64,000 nucleotides of DNA, taken from Bdellovibrionota bacterium. Lineage in GTDB: Bacteria > Bdellovibrionota_C > UBA2361 > JBIKUX01. The stretch lies in contig JBIKUX010000004.1 in the NCBI GenBank assembly GCA_044347345.1, positions 32,001 through 96,000 of the forward strand. The letters are read 5' to 3'. Below the pieces are notes generated by a model. It made no database searches, was not told the DNA's origin, and saw nothing but the letters and a program-made list of their open reading frames with translations. A program made the translations under genes and the position numbers. This document shows, one piece after another, positions 28,415-38,409 of the stretch (positions are counted from its first letter, which is position 1; every line of letters begins with the position of its first letter).

Positions 28415-29299
28415 TTATCTAGAACCAACCGGATTTACTTTTTCGGGCGTTCGTAGTGATAACTCTACTTGCTTTTGTTTCTTTTTACCGTTAATAGGAT
28501 CAAATGGGTCAACCTCGGTTTCAAGTATTACAATACGCTGCTTATCAATAGTGACGATCTCACCACAAGCAAGACCCATCTTCATCCCCGGTTGAACCAT
28601 ATGACCCTTACCATCTAGGGTTTCGACTATAGCTCGCGTTGGAGAAAACCCTTCTAATACTGCTGTTAGCTTTAGCTGATTAAGAGCAAACTGACAAAGC
28701 ACAGGAGCGTTCTCGTCTACGATTGGCCCTATAACAAGATCAGTTGGCAAGAATGGATCTCTTTTCCCAACTGGATCATAAACCCAGCCAGCATTTGGAT
28801 CGGTGGCAATAGCTGCTAGTACAGTTTCTTTTTTGATATTTTCATTCTGTTTTTTATTTGAAGATTCTCGATTGTTTGCTTGAGATGCCGGCGTTTCTGA
28901 GGATATCGTTACTGGAGGTTTTGTTGCTGATGATACTGGCTCATCTGCATCTGTACCTACAAAAAATTCATTATCTTGGGTTTTGTAAGTGAAGGGCTGA
29001 CCAGTCTTTGGGTCTGTCGGTATTTTGTCAATGTAAGTGGGTACTAAATCTTGTAAACTTGAAGGAAGTTTTTTTTCGTTTACTTGATAAGCTCTTACTG
29101 CAGCTTGAATACGTCGTTGTTCCCTTACTCTTGGATCTTGAATCTCTTTAACAGTATTGCCTATTTGAGGAACAACTGTTTCGTTTGAAGCACGTTGAGA
29201 TTGAACGTAAACTAGATAGCTAAGCTCTCCAGCTATAGCTACTAAAAGAAGTAGCATCACATTACGAATGGCGGAAGAGCGCTTTTTCTTTAGAGGCAT
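28415..29299 (-). CDS. PilP-domain protein with N-terminal TM and pseudopilin-like segment
   Basis: YDPVGKRDPF..LNQLKLTAV..AIVE..GKG (PilP); AY..LPSSLQDLVP.YI.KIP.DP.TG.PF.Y (GspG-like). Confidence 0.75.
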   Translation of the reverse strand: MPLKKKRSSAIRNVMLLLLVAIAGELSYLVYVQSQRASNETVVPQIGNTVKEIQDPRVREQRRIQAAVRAYQVNEKKLPSSLQDLVPTYIDKIPTDPKTGQPFTYKTQDNEFFVGTDADEPVSSATKPPVTISSETPASQANNRESSNKKQNENIKKETVLAAIATDPNAGWVYDPVGKRDPFLPTDLVIGPIVDENAPVLCQFALNQLKLTAVLEGFSPTRAIVETLDGKGHMVQPGMKMGLACGEIVTIDKQRIVILETEVDPFDPINGKKKQKQVELSLRTPEKVNPVGSR

Positions 29300-29532
29300 G
29301 CTGGTACTCTATACTTAACCCTCCATCGTTTGATGGTGTTATGCAGGGAAGAGATGCGCTTTAATTGCACATTGATGAAAGTTCGCTTTAAGTAAAGCGA
29401 TGTCTTTAAAATTTTCATCCTGAACTAGTCGGAATTAGTGCTTTTTTGGCATAAAATCCGCACATATTGGATTAACAAAGTTGGTTTTTTTAAACTGATT
29501 TGTAGAAGGTTTACGGTGCTGGATCTTAAAAA

Positions 29533-29607
29533 TCGGGGTGACTGGATTCGAACCAGCGACCTCTAGTTCCCAAAACTAGCGCTCTAGCCAGGCTGAGCTA
29601 CACCCCG
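29533..29607 (-). tRNA. tRNA-Pro(TGG)
   Basis: CGGGGTG acceptor, anticodon arm CTAGT-TT TGG GA-ACTAG, GGTTCGAATCC; CCA not encoded. Confidence 0.96.
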
Positions 29608-29754
29608 AAGGACTCTCAAATTGTAACCTAAATAAATGGTTTTGAAAACAAAGCCAATAAAATGTAGTTTCAAAAATTAAAAACTTTTTTATTATATATG
29701 AGTTCGAAATTTTTTTAAACTCATACATAAGTAAGCATACATTTGGAAAAAGTA

Positions 29755-31197
29755 ATGTCTCCCACAGATAGCCCAAACAATAAAATTTCTCATCCAGTAC
29801 AAATTAGTATCGCTCACTTATTGGGAAAATCTGAGGCAATGGAAGGTGAGTTGCTTGAATCGGGAAAGAAACTCCAATTATCAGGATGGATAAAAACTCA
29901 TCGACAGTCAAAAAAAGTTTCATTTATTGAAATTTCAGATGGAAGTTCGGTAAAGGGATTTCAGCTTGTAATTGATCCTCAAATAGCGGGATATCAAAAG
30001 CATTCCGCTCAACTAACAACAGGTGCTTCAATTACAGTAGAAGGTATTCTCACCCCATCACTAGGTGGTGGCCAAAAATGGGAGATGCAAGTTTCTCATT
30101 TAGAACTGATTGGGGGATCAGATGCTGACAACTATCCTCTTCAAAAAAAAGGTCATTCGCTTGAATTTTTGCGAGATCATCCTAATTTACGGATGCGGTC
30201 AAATACGCTTGGAGCGGTGATGAGGGTGCGCTCTGCAGCCTCTTTTGCAGTGCATTCTTTTTTTAAGGAACGGGGATTTTATCTACTACATGCTCCAGTT
30301 ATTACTACATCAGATTGTGAGGGGGCAGGGGAGATGTTTAGGGTTACTACCCTATCCTTGAATGCGGACAAAAATACTTCTGACAAAGAGGACTTTTTTG
30401 GTAGGCCGACATTTCTTTCAGTTTCTGGACAACTTGAAGCTGAAATAGCGGCAAGTGCGCTAGGAGCTGTTTATACTTTTGGACCAACATTTAGGGCTGA
30501 AAACTCAAATACACCTCGGCACCTGGCAGAGTTTTGGATGATTGAACCAGAGGTTTCTTTTTGTGATTTGCATGGAAACATTAATCTGGCGTCAGATTTT
30601 GTCTCGTCAGTGATACAGCAAGTGATTAGTGATAGTGCAGAGGATTTAGCTTTTCTTCATAGTCGAGATTGGTGTGAAGAAGGATTGCTTAAAACACTTC
30701 AGTCCGTGGTTACAAAACGTCCTGAAATACTCGATTATTCTGACGCTATTACAGCCCTTGAGAAAAGTAATATTTCTTTTCAGTTTCCGGTGTCATGGGG
30801 TATCGATCTGCAATCTGAGCATGAAAGATATCTAACTGACGTATTTGTTAAAGGTCCTGTAGTTGTAATTAATTACCCAAAGGCAATAAAAGCGTTTTAT
30901 ATGAGAGAGAATAACGATGGTAATACCGTTGCCGCTATGGATTTTTTGGTGCCACGTTTAGGTGAAATTATAGGTGGTTCGCAAAGAGAAGAGCGTTATG
31001 ATGTTCTTAAACGTCGTATTCAAGAAAATGGTTTGTCTGTCGATAGTTACAATTGGTATTTAGATTTGAGAAAATTCGGAACGGCACCACATTCTGGTTT
31101 TGGATTGGGATTTGAGAGACTTCTAATGTACCTTACTGGTATTCAGAATATCCGTGATGTAATGCCTTTCCCTCGGTATCCAGGGCATTGCCTCTAG
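29755..31197 (+). CDS. asnS: Asparagine--tRNA ligase
   Basis: YPLQKK, SDCEGAGE, FRAENSNT.RHLAEFWMIEPE, GGSQREER, GFGLGFER. Confidence 0.97.
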   Translation: MSPTDSPNNKISHPVQISIAHLLGKSEAMEGELLESGKKLQLSGWIKTHRQSKKVSFIEISDGSSVKGFQLVIDPQIAGYQKHSAQLTTGASITVEGILTPSLGGGQKWEMQVSHLELIGGSDADNYPLQKKGHSLEFLRDHPNLRMRSNTLGAVMRVRSAASFAVHSFFKERGFYLLHAPVITTSDCEGAGEMFRVTTLSLNADKNTSDKEDFFGRPTFLSVSGQLEAEIAASALGAVYTFGPTFRAENSNTPRHLAEFWMIEPEVSFCDLHGNINLASDFVSSVIQQVISDSAEDLAFLHSRDWCEEGLLKTLQSVVTKRPEILDYSDAITALEKSNISFQFPVSWGIDLQSEHERYLTDVFVKGPVVVINYPKAIKAFYMRENNDGNTVAAMDFLVPRLGEIIGGSQREERYDVLKRRIQENGLSVDSYNWYLDLRKFGTAPHSGFGLGFERLLMYLTGIQNIRDVMPFPRYPGHCL

Positions 31198-31360
31198 TTA
31201 TTCACTAAGCACTCTATAGTTTTTAGGAGAGCTAACTGTGAGCAGAAACAAAATGTAAATTATTGATACTTTTAATGTTAAAAAGCAGTCATAATTAGAC
31301 CATTATTTTTTAGAGATAGGGGGGGGTGGTTTTCTAAAATATTTAAACTGCAGTGTCAGT

Positions 31361-32584
31361 ATGAATGAAAGTCCAGCAAATCAAAATTATTCAAGCAGTC
31401 AGCTCCTTGAGTTGGCTGATAGGTGGCTGGCACATAATTACGCTCCGTTAGATATTGTCATAGAGCGCGGAGAAGGCTCATGGGTGTGGGATATTGAAGG
31501 AAACAAATATTTAGATTTACTAAGTGCTTACGGCGCTTTGAATTTAGGTCATCTACACCCGAGGATTGTAGAGTGTGCTAAGTCTCAGCTACAACGGTTA
31601 ACTCTTACTAGTCGAGCTTTTCATTCTAAAGAAATCAGCTTACTTGCGATGGAGCTTGCAAAGTTTTGCGAGTTAGAGATGGTTTTATTTATGAATTCGG
31701 GGGCTGAAGCGGTAGAGACAGCTATTAAGGCCGCTAGAAAATGGGGTTATGAAAAAAAAGGGATACCGGTCAATAAAGCTGAGATTATCGTATTTTCAAG
31801 AAATTTTCACGGGCGGACTACGACTATCGTGGGATTTAGTGATTCATTGTCTGCGAAGGAGGGTTTTGGTCCATTTATTCCAGGTTTTGTGCTTTGTCCC
31901 TACGATGATCTAGAGTGTTTAGAGGCTCATATCACACCTCATTGTGTAGGTGTTTTAATCGAGCCTATTCAAGGTGAAGGTGGGGTCAATGTACCTAAAG
32001 AAGGCTACCTTAAAGGAGTAGAGTCATTGTGTCGCGCCCATAATGTTCTCCTTATGATTGATGAGGTACAGACCGGCTTTTATCGAACGGGAGTACGATT
32101 TGCTTACCAAAGAGAAGCTGTAGACCCTGACCTCCTCATTTTAGGAAAAACGCTAGGTGGCGGTGTAGTGCCAATCTCTGCTGTTGTTGGCAAAAAATCA
32201 GTTATGGAAGTTTTTACGCCCGGCACTCATGGGAGCACTTTTGGCGGAAATCCCTTTGCATGTGCTATCGCTCGTGAAGTTCTTTTGATACTGGCAGATC
32301 CGATTATAGAAAATCGAGTTGAAAGTTTAGGTGAATTATTTCGACGCACACTTATTGAAGCAAGGTCGCTTAAAGTGAGGTCGGTAAGAGGAAAAGGTCT
32401 TTTAATTGGAGTTGAGTTTACAAAAGAAGCAGGTACAGCCAAAGATTATGCGAAAAAACTTCTCGAAAGAAAAATTCTTACTAAAGATACAAGAGTTCAA
32501 ACCTTGCGTTTCGCTCCACCGCTTACGATTACCGATGAGGACCTCGAATGGGGCTTACAAGGAATTTTAAAAGTTTTGGGTTAA
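31361..32584 (+). CDS. rocD: Ornithine--oxo-acid transaminase
   Basis: AHNYAPL, LSAY.A.N.GH.HP, LTLTSRAF, EPIQGEGG, DEVQTG, HGSTFGGNP. Confidence 0.92.
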   Translation: MNESPANQNYSSSQLLELADRWLAHNYAPLDIVIERGEGSWVWDIEGNKYLDLLSAYGALNLGHLHPRIVECAKSQLQRLTLTSRAFHSKEISLLAMELAKFCELEMVLFMNSGAEAVETAIKAARKWGYEKKGIPVNKAEIIVFSRNFHGRTTTIVGFSDSLSAKEGFGPFIPGFVLCPYDDLECLEAHITPHCVGVLIEPIQGEGGVNVPKEGYLKGVESLCRAHNVLLMIDEVQTGFYRTGVRFAYQREAVDPDLLILGKTLGGGVVPISAVVGKKSVMEVFTPGTHGSTFGGNPFACAIAREVLLILADPIIENRVESLGELFRRTLIEARSLKVRSVRGKGLLIGVEFTKEAGTAKDYAKKLLERKILTKDTRVQTLRFAPPLTITDEDLEWGLQGILKVLG

Positions 32585-32632
32585 TTTTTCGCGTTGTTAC
32601 TCCCTCATCTGAGATGAATCGCTGAGCCATAT

Positions 32633-32670
32633 TGCTGGGCTCACACTGCTGGGCTCACACTGCTGGGCTC
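32633..32670. repeat. 14-bp tandem repeat TGCTGGGCTCACAC x2.7
   Basis: Read directly; just 3' of tRNA-Trp. Confidence 0.92.
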
Positions 32671-32682
32671 CTATCACGAAAC

Positions 32683-32755
<73 letters not shown>

Positions 32756-32928
32756 ATAAATTTGCTCTTGCCGTTAAACTCAAACACGCTAACAAGCTTA
32801 CTATGATGCATAATTGCTTTGTAGTATTGGCTAGATTTTTTGTAGTAAAGGCTAAATTCACAAAAAAGCTAAGTTAACAGCAAACTTACATTCATAGCAA
32901 TAAACGAGAATGTTGCGATAAATGATAA

Positions 32929-33004
32929 TGGAGCGGGAGACGAGGCTCGAACTCGCGACCCTCAGCTTGGAAGGCTGATGCTCTACCATTTGAGCTACTC
33001 CCGC
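32929..33004 (-). tRNA. tRNA-Gly(TCC)
   Basis: GCGGGAG acceptor, TCAGC-CT TCC AA-GCTGA, 3' CCA encoded. Confidence 0.97.
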
Positions 33005-33091
33005 ATTATTTTAAAAAACTTACAACCTTTATGATAAACGCTTTTTAACTACATTAAAATATCTAAACCTTTTAAGTAAATACAGTAAAAA

Positions 33092-33174
33092 TGGTGAGTG
33101 CAGGATTCGAACCTGCGTAGGCGTCCGCCAACAGATTTACAGTCTGCCCCCTTTAGCCACTCGGGCAACTCACC
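33092..33174 (-). tRNA. tRNA-Tyr(GTA)
   Basis: GCAGA-CT GTA AA-TCTGT, long variable arm, GGTTCGAATCC. Confidence 0.96.
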
Positions 33175-33261
33175 TTATCATTTTTGGCTAAAGATATATT
33201 AAATCCAATATATTCCTTTTAAACCAAATAACCAAACTGACCAAGTAATTATAAGCAATCA

Positions 33262-33334
33262 AGCTGACAACGGGACTCGAACCCATAACCTGCTGATTAC
33301 AAATCAGCTGCTCTACCAATTGAGCTATGTCAGC
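33262..33334 (-). tRNA. tRNA-Thr(TGT)
   Basis: GCTGA-TT TGT AA-TCAGC, GGTTCGAGTCC. Confidence 0.96.
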
Positions 33335-33477
33335 ACTCTACTTAATTCTTGTGCCATCAAGTCTACAATGGAAAGGTAGATAGTTGTAGCTCTCTTGTAA
33401 AGAGCAGTTAAGCGTCTCTTTTAATCTTCAGCCTTATTTACAACTTGGTCGAGCTTCCTCATACTCATGCTGCTGTT

Positions 33478-33553
<76 letters not shown>

Positions 33554-33761
33554 TTACAAAAATTACATTAGACATTTTTAGTCAGTAGATACATTTAGTC
33601 AGAAAAAGGTAAGACAAAATTGGCTGAATAAGGATTTAAGGTAAATCCAGAGTTCGCATACGAAAAGCATTAGAGGCCGAAAGTTTTTGGGCTAACAATG
33701 CAGTTTATTTGTTATATGTAATGTTTTGTAGGCGCTTCGATTTTAGGCCAAAAACTCTGGT

Positions 33762-34382
33762 TTAAAAATCTGGGCCAAATCCCTCTAATTGAAATGCACA
33801 GTAAAAACAGTTAAACATAGCTTCTGCCCCACATACGGCGGTAGGTACTGTTTCTGGTTTGAGGTAGTTCTCCAAAAAAGTTAAACATTCGCGCCATTTA
33901 GTTGATGTCGATTCCCTATAGGATAAGAAGTAATTCAACGCCTCTGCTGGTACTTTTCTATCGAATAACTTAGCAATTGTAGTGCCTCCGAGGGTGGAAC
34001 CTTCAACAACATATACACCCCCTAAAAAATAACTGGGGTTGGTTAAAAAATTTGAGGGAAGTGGCACTAAACTGGGAATAGTACCGTTTAAGGTAGCGAG
34101 GCTTTGCTCAAGTAAAATACTTTTTTCGCGCTCTTTGAGTAGCTCTGTGAATGTCGAAAAAAAATTAGGTATCACCAATTTTTCCCACGAAAAAATTATG
34201 CGAGCGTGGGCTTTTAGTAGTCTGGTTAAAAATGATTCATTTAAAGATTGAGCATTGAAACTAACCAAAGCATCGAGGGCAGCATGAAGTTTTGCAGTGT
34301 GCAACCTTAATTCTTTAACCATGGACGGGCGAGGATAAGTGTGATGTTGTGTTGCTGAATTAGGTGACCAAGATGGTTTCAT
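33762..34382 (-). CDS. Biliverdin-producing heme oxygenase (BphO-like)
   Basis: LRLHTAKLH (proximal His), YVVEGSTLGG, W..C..FL, AEAMF; start likely 34382 or 34322 (track start 34457 overlaps gltX). Confidence 0.85.
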   Translation of the reverse strand: MKPSWSPNSATQHHTYPRPSMVKELRLHTAKLHAALDALVSFNAQSLNESFLTRLLKAHARIIFSWEKLVIPNFFSTFTELLKEREKSILLEQSLATLNGTIPSLVPLPSNFLTNPSYFLGGVYVVEGSTLGGTTIAKLFDRKVPAEALNYFLSYRESTSTKWRECLTFLENYLKPETVPTAVCGAEAMFNCFYCAFQLEGFGPDF

Positions 34383-34422
34383 GGTAAGTAGGTAACTAAT
34401 TTTATGTGAGGTAATCGCCCAA

Positions 34423-36231
34423 ATGGTACACGATTCATCAACAACTTCTACTAGCAACCCCAGCCGGATCTTATCTTCGCCCTTAAGTCAAATTGAACGA
34501 GAAAACCTGTGTAATCTTCTTTTTCCTGATTTAGAGGCGTTGCCTACCTTGCCAGCCTTGGAAATTCGATATGGAGAGCGTCCTCTTCCACCTAAGGTTA
34601 TGGTAACTCGTTTTGCCCCCAGCCCAACTGGATTTATGCATTTAGGTGCTGTTTATGCCGCCCTAATTAACTATAGGTTTGCTTCTCAGACGGGGGGAAA
34701 ATTTTTGTTGCGGATAGAAGATACTGATCAAAAAAGAAAAGTTGAAGGAGCATTTAATCTGATAGTTGAGTCTCTTGAGATGTTTGGACTCATCCCCAAT
34801 GAAGGATTTGTACCATCAGAAGGTACGGGGACAATTACGGAGATTGGTGATTACGGACCTTATCAACAGAGTAGCAGAGTGTCTCTGTATAGAGCTCATG
34901 TAGCACATCTAATTCGAGAGGGTTCTGCCTATCCATGCTTCGCTTCTGAAGCTCAGCTCAAGGAGATGCAGGAACAACAGCAATTAGAAAGGCAGCGACC
35001 AGGATACTACGGGAGATGGGCTATTTGGCGTGATGCTCCTTTAAACCAAATTAAAGACAGCATTGAACAAGGTATACCCTTTGTTATTAGATTTCGCTCA
35101 ACTGGCGATTACAATAAAAGAATTTCTTGGAAGGATAGTATTCATGAAGTAATGCATCAACCTGAAAATGATTTAGATGCGGTGTTGTTAAAATCTGATG
35201 GTACTTCCCTTTACCATTTAGCTCATGTTGTGGACGATCATTTTATGCGAGTCACGCATGTTATTAGAGGTGATGAGTGGCTTTCGTCGGTGCCTCTTCA
35301 TTTACAATTATTTTCTGCTTTTGGTTATACTCCACCTGTTTACTGTCATTTAGCACCAATTCAAAAGCTTGAATTAGTCGAGGAACAGATTGATGACCAG
35401 ATTCAGCGCCGTGAATCAAGAAGAAAACTCTCAAAGCGCAAAGATCCCGAGGCAAGTGTAAGTTATTATGTTGAGCATGGATATCCACCGGTAGCCGTGT
35501 TGGAGTATCTTCTTCATATAGCTGATTCGAGTTTCGAAGAGTGGCGGTTAAATAATCCGAATGCTACTTGGGCTGATTACGCGCTAAAGTTTCAAAATTT
35601 TTCTCGTTCTGGAGCGTTGGTAGATTTAGAAAAACTTCAGAGTGTAAGCAGAGACGTTGTTTCAAGAATGGATCTAGATATTTTATACCATGACGCTATC
35701 AAGTGGTGTAAGCAATTTGATTCAGAGTTTGCCAGTATATTGGAAGCAAATGATGATTATACTCGCTCTGCCTTGGATATTGAGCGAACTGGTGATAAAG
35801 CAAGCAAGCGCATAGCATCTTGGAGAGACTTACGTCCTCAGCTTTGGTGGTTTTATGATGAATTATTTGTCAATCATCAAGTTTTTCCTTACCCTAAAGT
35901 TTTTATAAACACTGAGGTAGTAGATATTCTTGATAGGTTTATCGCGAGCTATGACGAGTCAGACGACAAAGATACTTGGTTTTTAAAGTGTCAAAAAGTA
36001 GCAGAGGAGCTACAATACGCTCCAACCATTAAGCTTTATAAGAAGAATCCTAATGTATATAAGGCTCATATAGGTGACGTAACTATGGTTATAAGAGTCG
36101 CTATATCTGGCTTAGAGCGGACTCCAGACCTGTATCAGATGCTAAAAGTAATGGGAAGAGATAGAGTAAAAAGCCGTGTTTTAGGCGCAATTGAAAAAAT
36201 AAGAAGTGAATTTAGTCAGGAACAGCGATAA
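34423..36231 (+). CDS. gltX: Glutamate--tRNA ligase, long form
   Basis: TRFAPSPTGFMHLG, RIEDTD, VDDHFM..THVIRGDEW, KLSKR. Confidence 0.93.
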   Translation: MVHDSSTTSTSNPSRILSSPLSQIERENLCNLLFPDLEALPTLPALEIRYGERPLPPKVMVTRFAPSPTGFMHLGAVYAALINYRFASQTGGKFLLRIEDTDQKRKVEGAFNLIVESLEMFGLIPNEGFVPSEGTGTITEIGDYGPYQQSSRVSLYRAHVAHLIREGSAYPCFASEAQLKEMQEQQQLERQRPGYYGRWAIWRDAPLNQIKDSIEQGIPFVIRFRSTGDYNKRISWKDSIHEVMHQPENDLDAVLLKSDGTSLYHLAHVVDDHFMRVTHVIRGDEWLSSVPLHLQLFSAFGYTPPVYCHLAPIQKLELVEEQIDDQIQRRESRRKLSKRKDPEASVSYYVEHGYPPVAVLEYLLHIADSSFEEWRLNNPNATWADYALKFQNFSRSGALVDLEKLQSVSRDVVSRMDLDILYHDAIKWCKQFDSEFASILEANDDYTRSALDIERTGDKASKRIASWRDLRPQLWWFYDELFVNHQVFPYPKVFINTEVVDILDRFIASYDESDDKDTWFLKCQKVAEELQYAPTIKLYKKNPNVYKAHIGDVTMVIRVAISGLERTPDLYQMLKVMGRDRVKSRVLGAIEKIRSEFSQEQR

Positions 36232-36248
36232 TTTAGAGGTTACATAAT

Positions 36249-36491
36249 ATGCAAGTACGCTCAGAAGGAAAGGCTTCGTTAAGGTCAAAATCTAAGGATA
36301 TAGCTGGTGGTTCATCAGGTTTTATGGGAGTAATTAAAGATACAGTTGATGAATTAAAGAAAGTTCATGCACCTACTAAGCAAGAGACTTTGCAGGCTAC
36401 TCTCGTAACTCTTGCTATAGTAATTTTTTTTGCGGTAATACTAGCACTCTTAGATTGGGCATTTCGTGGTTTGGTATGGCGCCTTGTTTAG
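36249..36491 (+). CDS. secE: Preprotein translocase SecE
   Basis: ELKKV.APTKQE motif plus one TM; upstream of nusG. Confidence 0.92.
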   Translation: MQVRSEGKASLRSKSKDIAGGSSGFMGVIKDTVDELKKVHAPTKQETLQATLVTLAIVIFFAVILALLDWAFRGLVWRLV

Positions 36492-36514
36492 GACGGCGTC
36501 ATGTTTAGCTGTTT

Positions 36515-36794
36515 AGTGTAGGCTTAACAGTGTAGGCTTAACAGTGTGGGTTGATTAACGCGTCCTGTATATCCTAGGGCTGTATATCCTAGGGTTTAGA
36601 TCCCAGAGTTTATAATTCAGAGTTACCTATATTAACTTGAGTTGATTAAACTATCAGTAGCGAGTATCACCATACTTTGTGATATATGTATTTACTTTAT
36701 ATATTAAGGTAACATGTGTTACAGGCAACATATCTGAGTTGTACAGGTAGCAAAAAGTACCAGGTAATGAAAAATACCAGGTAATGAAAAATAC
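36515..36794. repeat. Three separate short tandem duplications (14, 15, 17 bp)
   Basis: AGTGTAGGCTTAAC x2 (36515), CTGTATATCCTAGGG x2 (36565), TACCAGGTAATGAAAAA x2 (36758). Confidence 0.9.
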
Positions 36795-36922
36795 AGAGCG
36801 CCGACATAATCAAGAGGCTAAAGGCTTTTTTGCTAAGTTTATCGCGAAGCGGTCGTGCGATGTTGTAGACAGACTGTTGTGGACAGATTGGGCTGTTAAA
36901 TATAGAGTAAGAAATAGAAATA

Positions 36923-37630
36923 ATGCAATCGGCAGGAACAATGGAATCGGGCCAAGAACCATCAGCACCAGTTGAGACAGAACAGCAAGATTTAACTGAC
37001 GTCAGTCACGATCAAGTCAACAACGACAACAGTACTGGGGCTCTAAATAAATCGCAAAGTGCAAACAGTAGTAACGTCGTTCAAAGTTCAGACAAGAACA
37101 AAAACCTGCAATGGTATGCCGTGCACGCGTACTCTGGTTTTGAAATGAAGGCTAAAAAAACTTTAGAGGATCGAGTTAAAGCTCACGGCATGAGCGAACA
37201 ATTTGGAGAGATTTTAGTACCTCAAGAGACCGTAGTTGAACTAGTGAAAGGTCAAAAGAAAACTTCCAGTAAGAAGTTCTTTCCAGGATACCTTTTAGTT
37301 CAGATGGTACTGAACAGAGATACCTGGCACTTAGTAAATGAAACTCCAAAGATTTCAGGGTTTTTGGGAGATGCCACTGATCCCGATCCAGTACCACAAG
37401 AAGAAGTTTCGCGCATTTTAGCACAGGTTGAAGAAGGAACCAGTGCTCCACGGTCTAAGGTAAGTTTTGAGCAAGGAGAGCCCGTAAAAGTGATTGATGG
37501 ACCGTTTGCTGATTTTAATGGAACTATTGACGAAGTTAGACCAGAAAAAGAAAAAGTTAGGGTTTTAATTAGTATTTTTGGACGAGCTACTCCGGTGGAG
37601 CTAAATTTCTCTCAAGTTGAAAAACTGTAG
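36923..37630 (+). CDS. nusG: Transcription factor NusG with N-terminal extension
   Basis: WYAVHAYSGFE, FFPGY, KOW DGPFADF.G, IFGRATPVEL. Confidence 0.97.
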   Translation: MQSAGTMESGQEPSAPVETEQQDLTDVSHDQVNNDNSTGALNKSQSANSSNVVQSSDKNKNLQWYAVHAYSGFEMKAKKTLEDRVKAHGMSEQFGEILVPQETVVELVKGQKKTSSKKFFPGYLLVQMVLNRDTWHLVNETPKISGFLGDATDPDPVPQEEVSRILAQVEEGTSAPRSKVSFEQGEPVKVIDGPFADFNGTIDEVRPEKEKVRVLISIFGRATPVELNFSQVEKL

Positions 37631-37904
37631 AGTATAGTTGTGTTTCTTTTTATTTCAGTATAAAAGTCCGTGTCTAGTTTATGCGATAAGTTTAAAGCGA
37701 GAAATTATCTCTTGATTCAAAGAGATTGTTTCATCTGGTGAAGGATCTGGTGCTGAAACTAGGCGCAGCTGGTTTATATTTGGTACTGGTATTGTATATT
37801 AGAGTCGACCCCGATTTGTTTTAATATCGTCGGGAGATACGATTGTTTTACGGTGATAACAAGTTATTTGGTATTTTTTTAAATTTTGACATCGAGAGGA
37901 AAAG

Positions 37905-38330
37905 ATGGCTAAAGAAGTGATGGCCCTTATAAAGCTACAAGTTAAGGGGGGACAGGCCAATCCCGCACCTCCAATCGGGCCGGTTCTAGGTCAGAATGGT
38001 GTAAATATAATGGAGTTTTGTAAACAATTTAATGCTCGGACTCAGAAACAAGTAGGAGAGATCATCCCTGTTGTTATAACAGTTTTTAAAGATCGCTCAT
38101 TTACCTTTATTACCAAAACGCCGCCAGTATCGTATCTTCTTAAAAAAGTATTGAAACTCGATAAAGGCTCATCTGAGCCAAACAAAAACAAGGTAGCTAA
38201 AATTACTCGTGCTCAGGCTTTAGAAATAGCTCGTCAGAAGTTGGAAGACCTCACCGCTGCCTCTGAAGAAGCTGCTTTGAAGACCGTGATGGGTACGGCT
38301 AGAAGCATGGGGATCGAGGTAATTGATTAG
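37905..38330 (+). CDS. rplK: 50S protein L11
   Basis: [22 protein letters not shown]. Confidence 0.98.
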   Translation: MAKEVMALIKLQVKGGQANPAPPIGPVLGQNGVNIMEFCKQFNARTQKQVGEIIPVVITVFKDRSFTFITKTPPVSYLLKKVLKLDKGSSEPNKNKVAKITRAQALEIARQKLEDLTAASEEAALKTVMGTARSMGIEVID

Positions 38331-38409
38331 TAGGGATATTATTAAAAGCAAGATTACAAACATAAACTTGGCATAAAAATAAAGTATAAGGCTCCGAGAG
38401 AGTGGAATT

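Noticed and set aside
29447-29462. GG-N10-GC sigma54-like site
   Set aside because: Poor -12 element and points into an antisense tRNA.
29576-29776. 66-aa minus-strand ORF
   Set aside because: Overlaps tRNA-Pro and the asnS start; tRNA shadow.
32633-32670. Possible CRISPR or att-site repeat beside tRNA-Trp
   Set aside because: Units are directly adjacent with no spacers, do not match the tRNA 3' end, and no cas or integrase gene is present.
33554-36231. Genomic island integrated at tRNA-Thr(GGT)
   Set aside because: No integrase and no duplicated tRNA 3' end seen.
36784-36975. 63-aa ORF before nusG
   Set aside because: Start codon lies in a tandem duplication, overlaps nusG out of frame, no recognisable motif.
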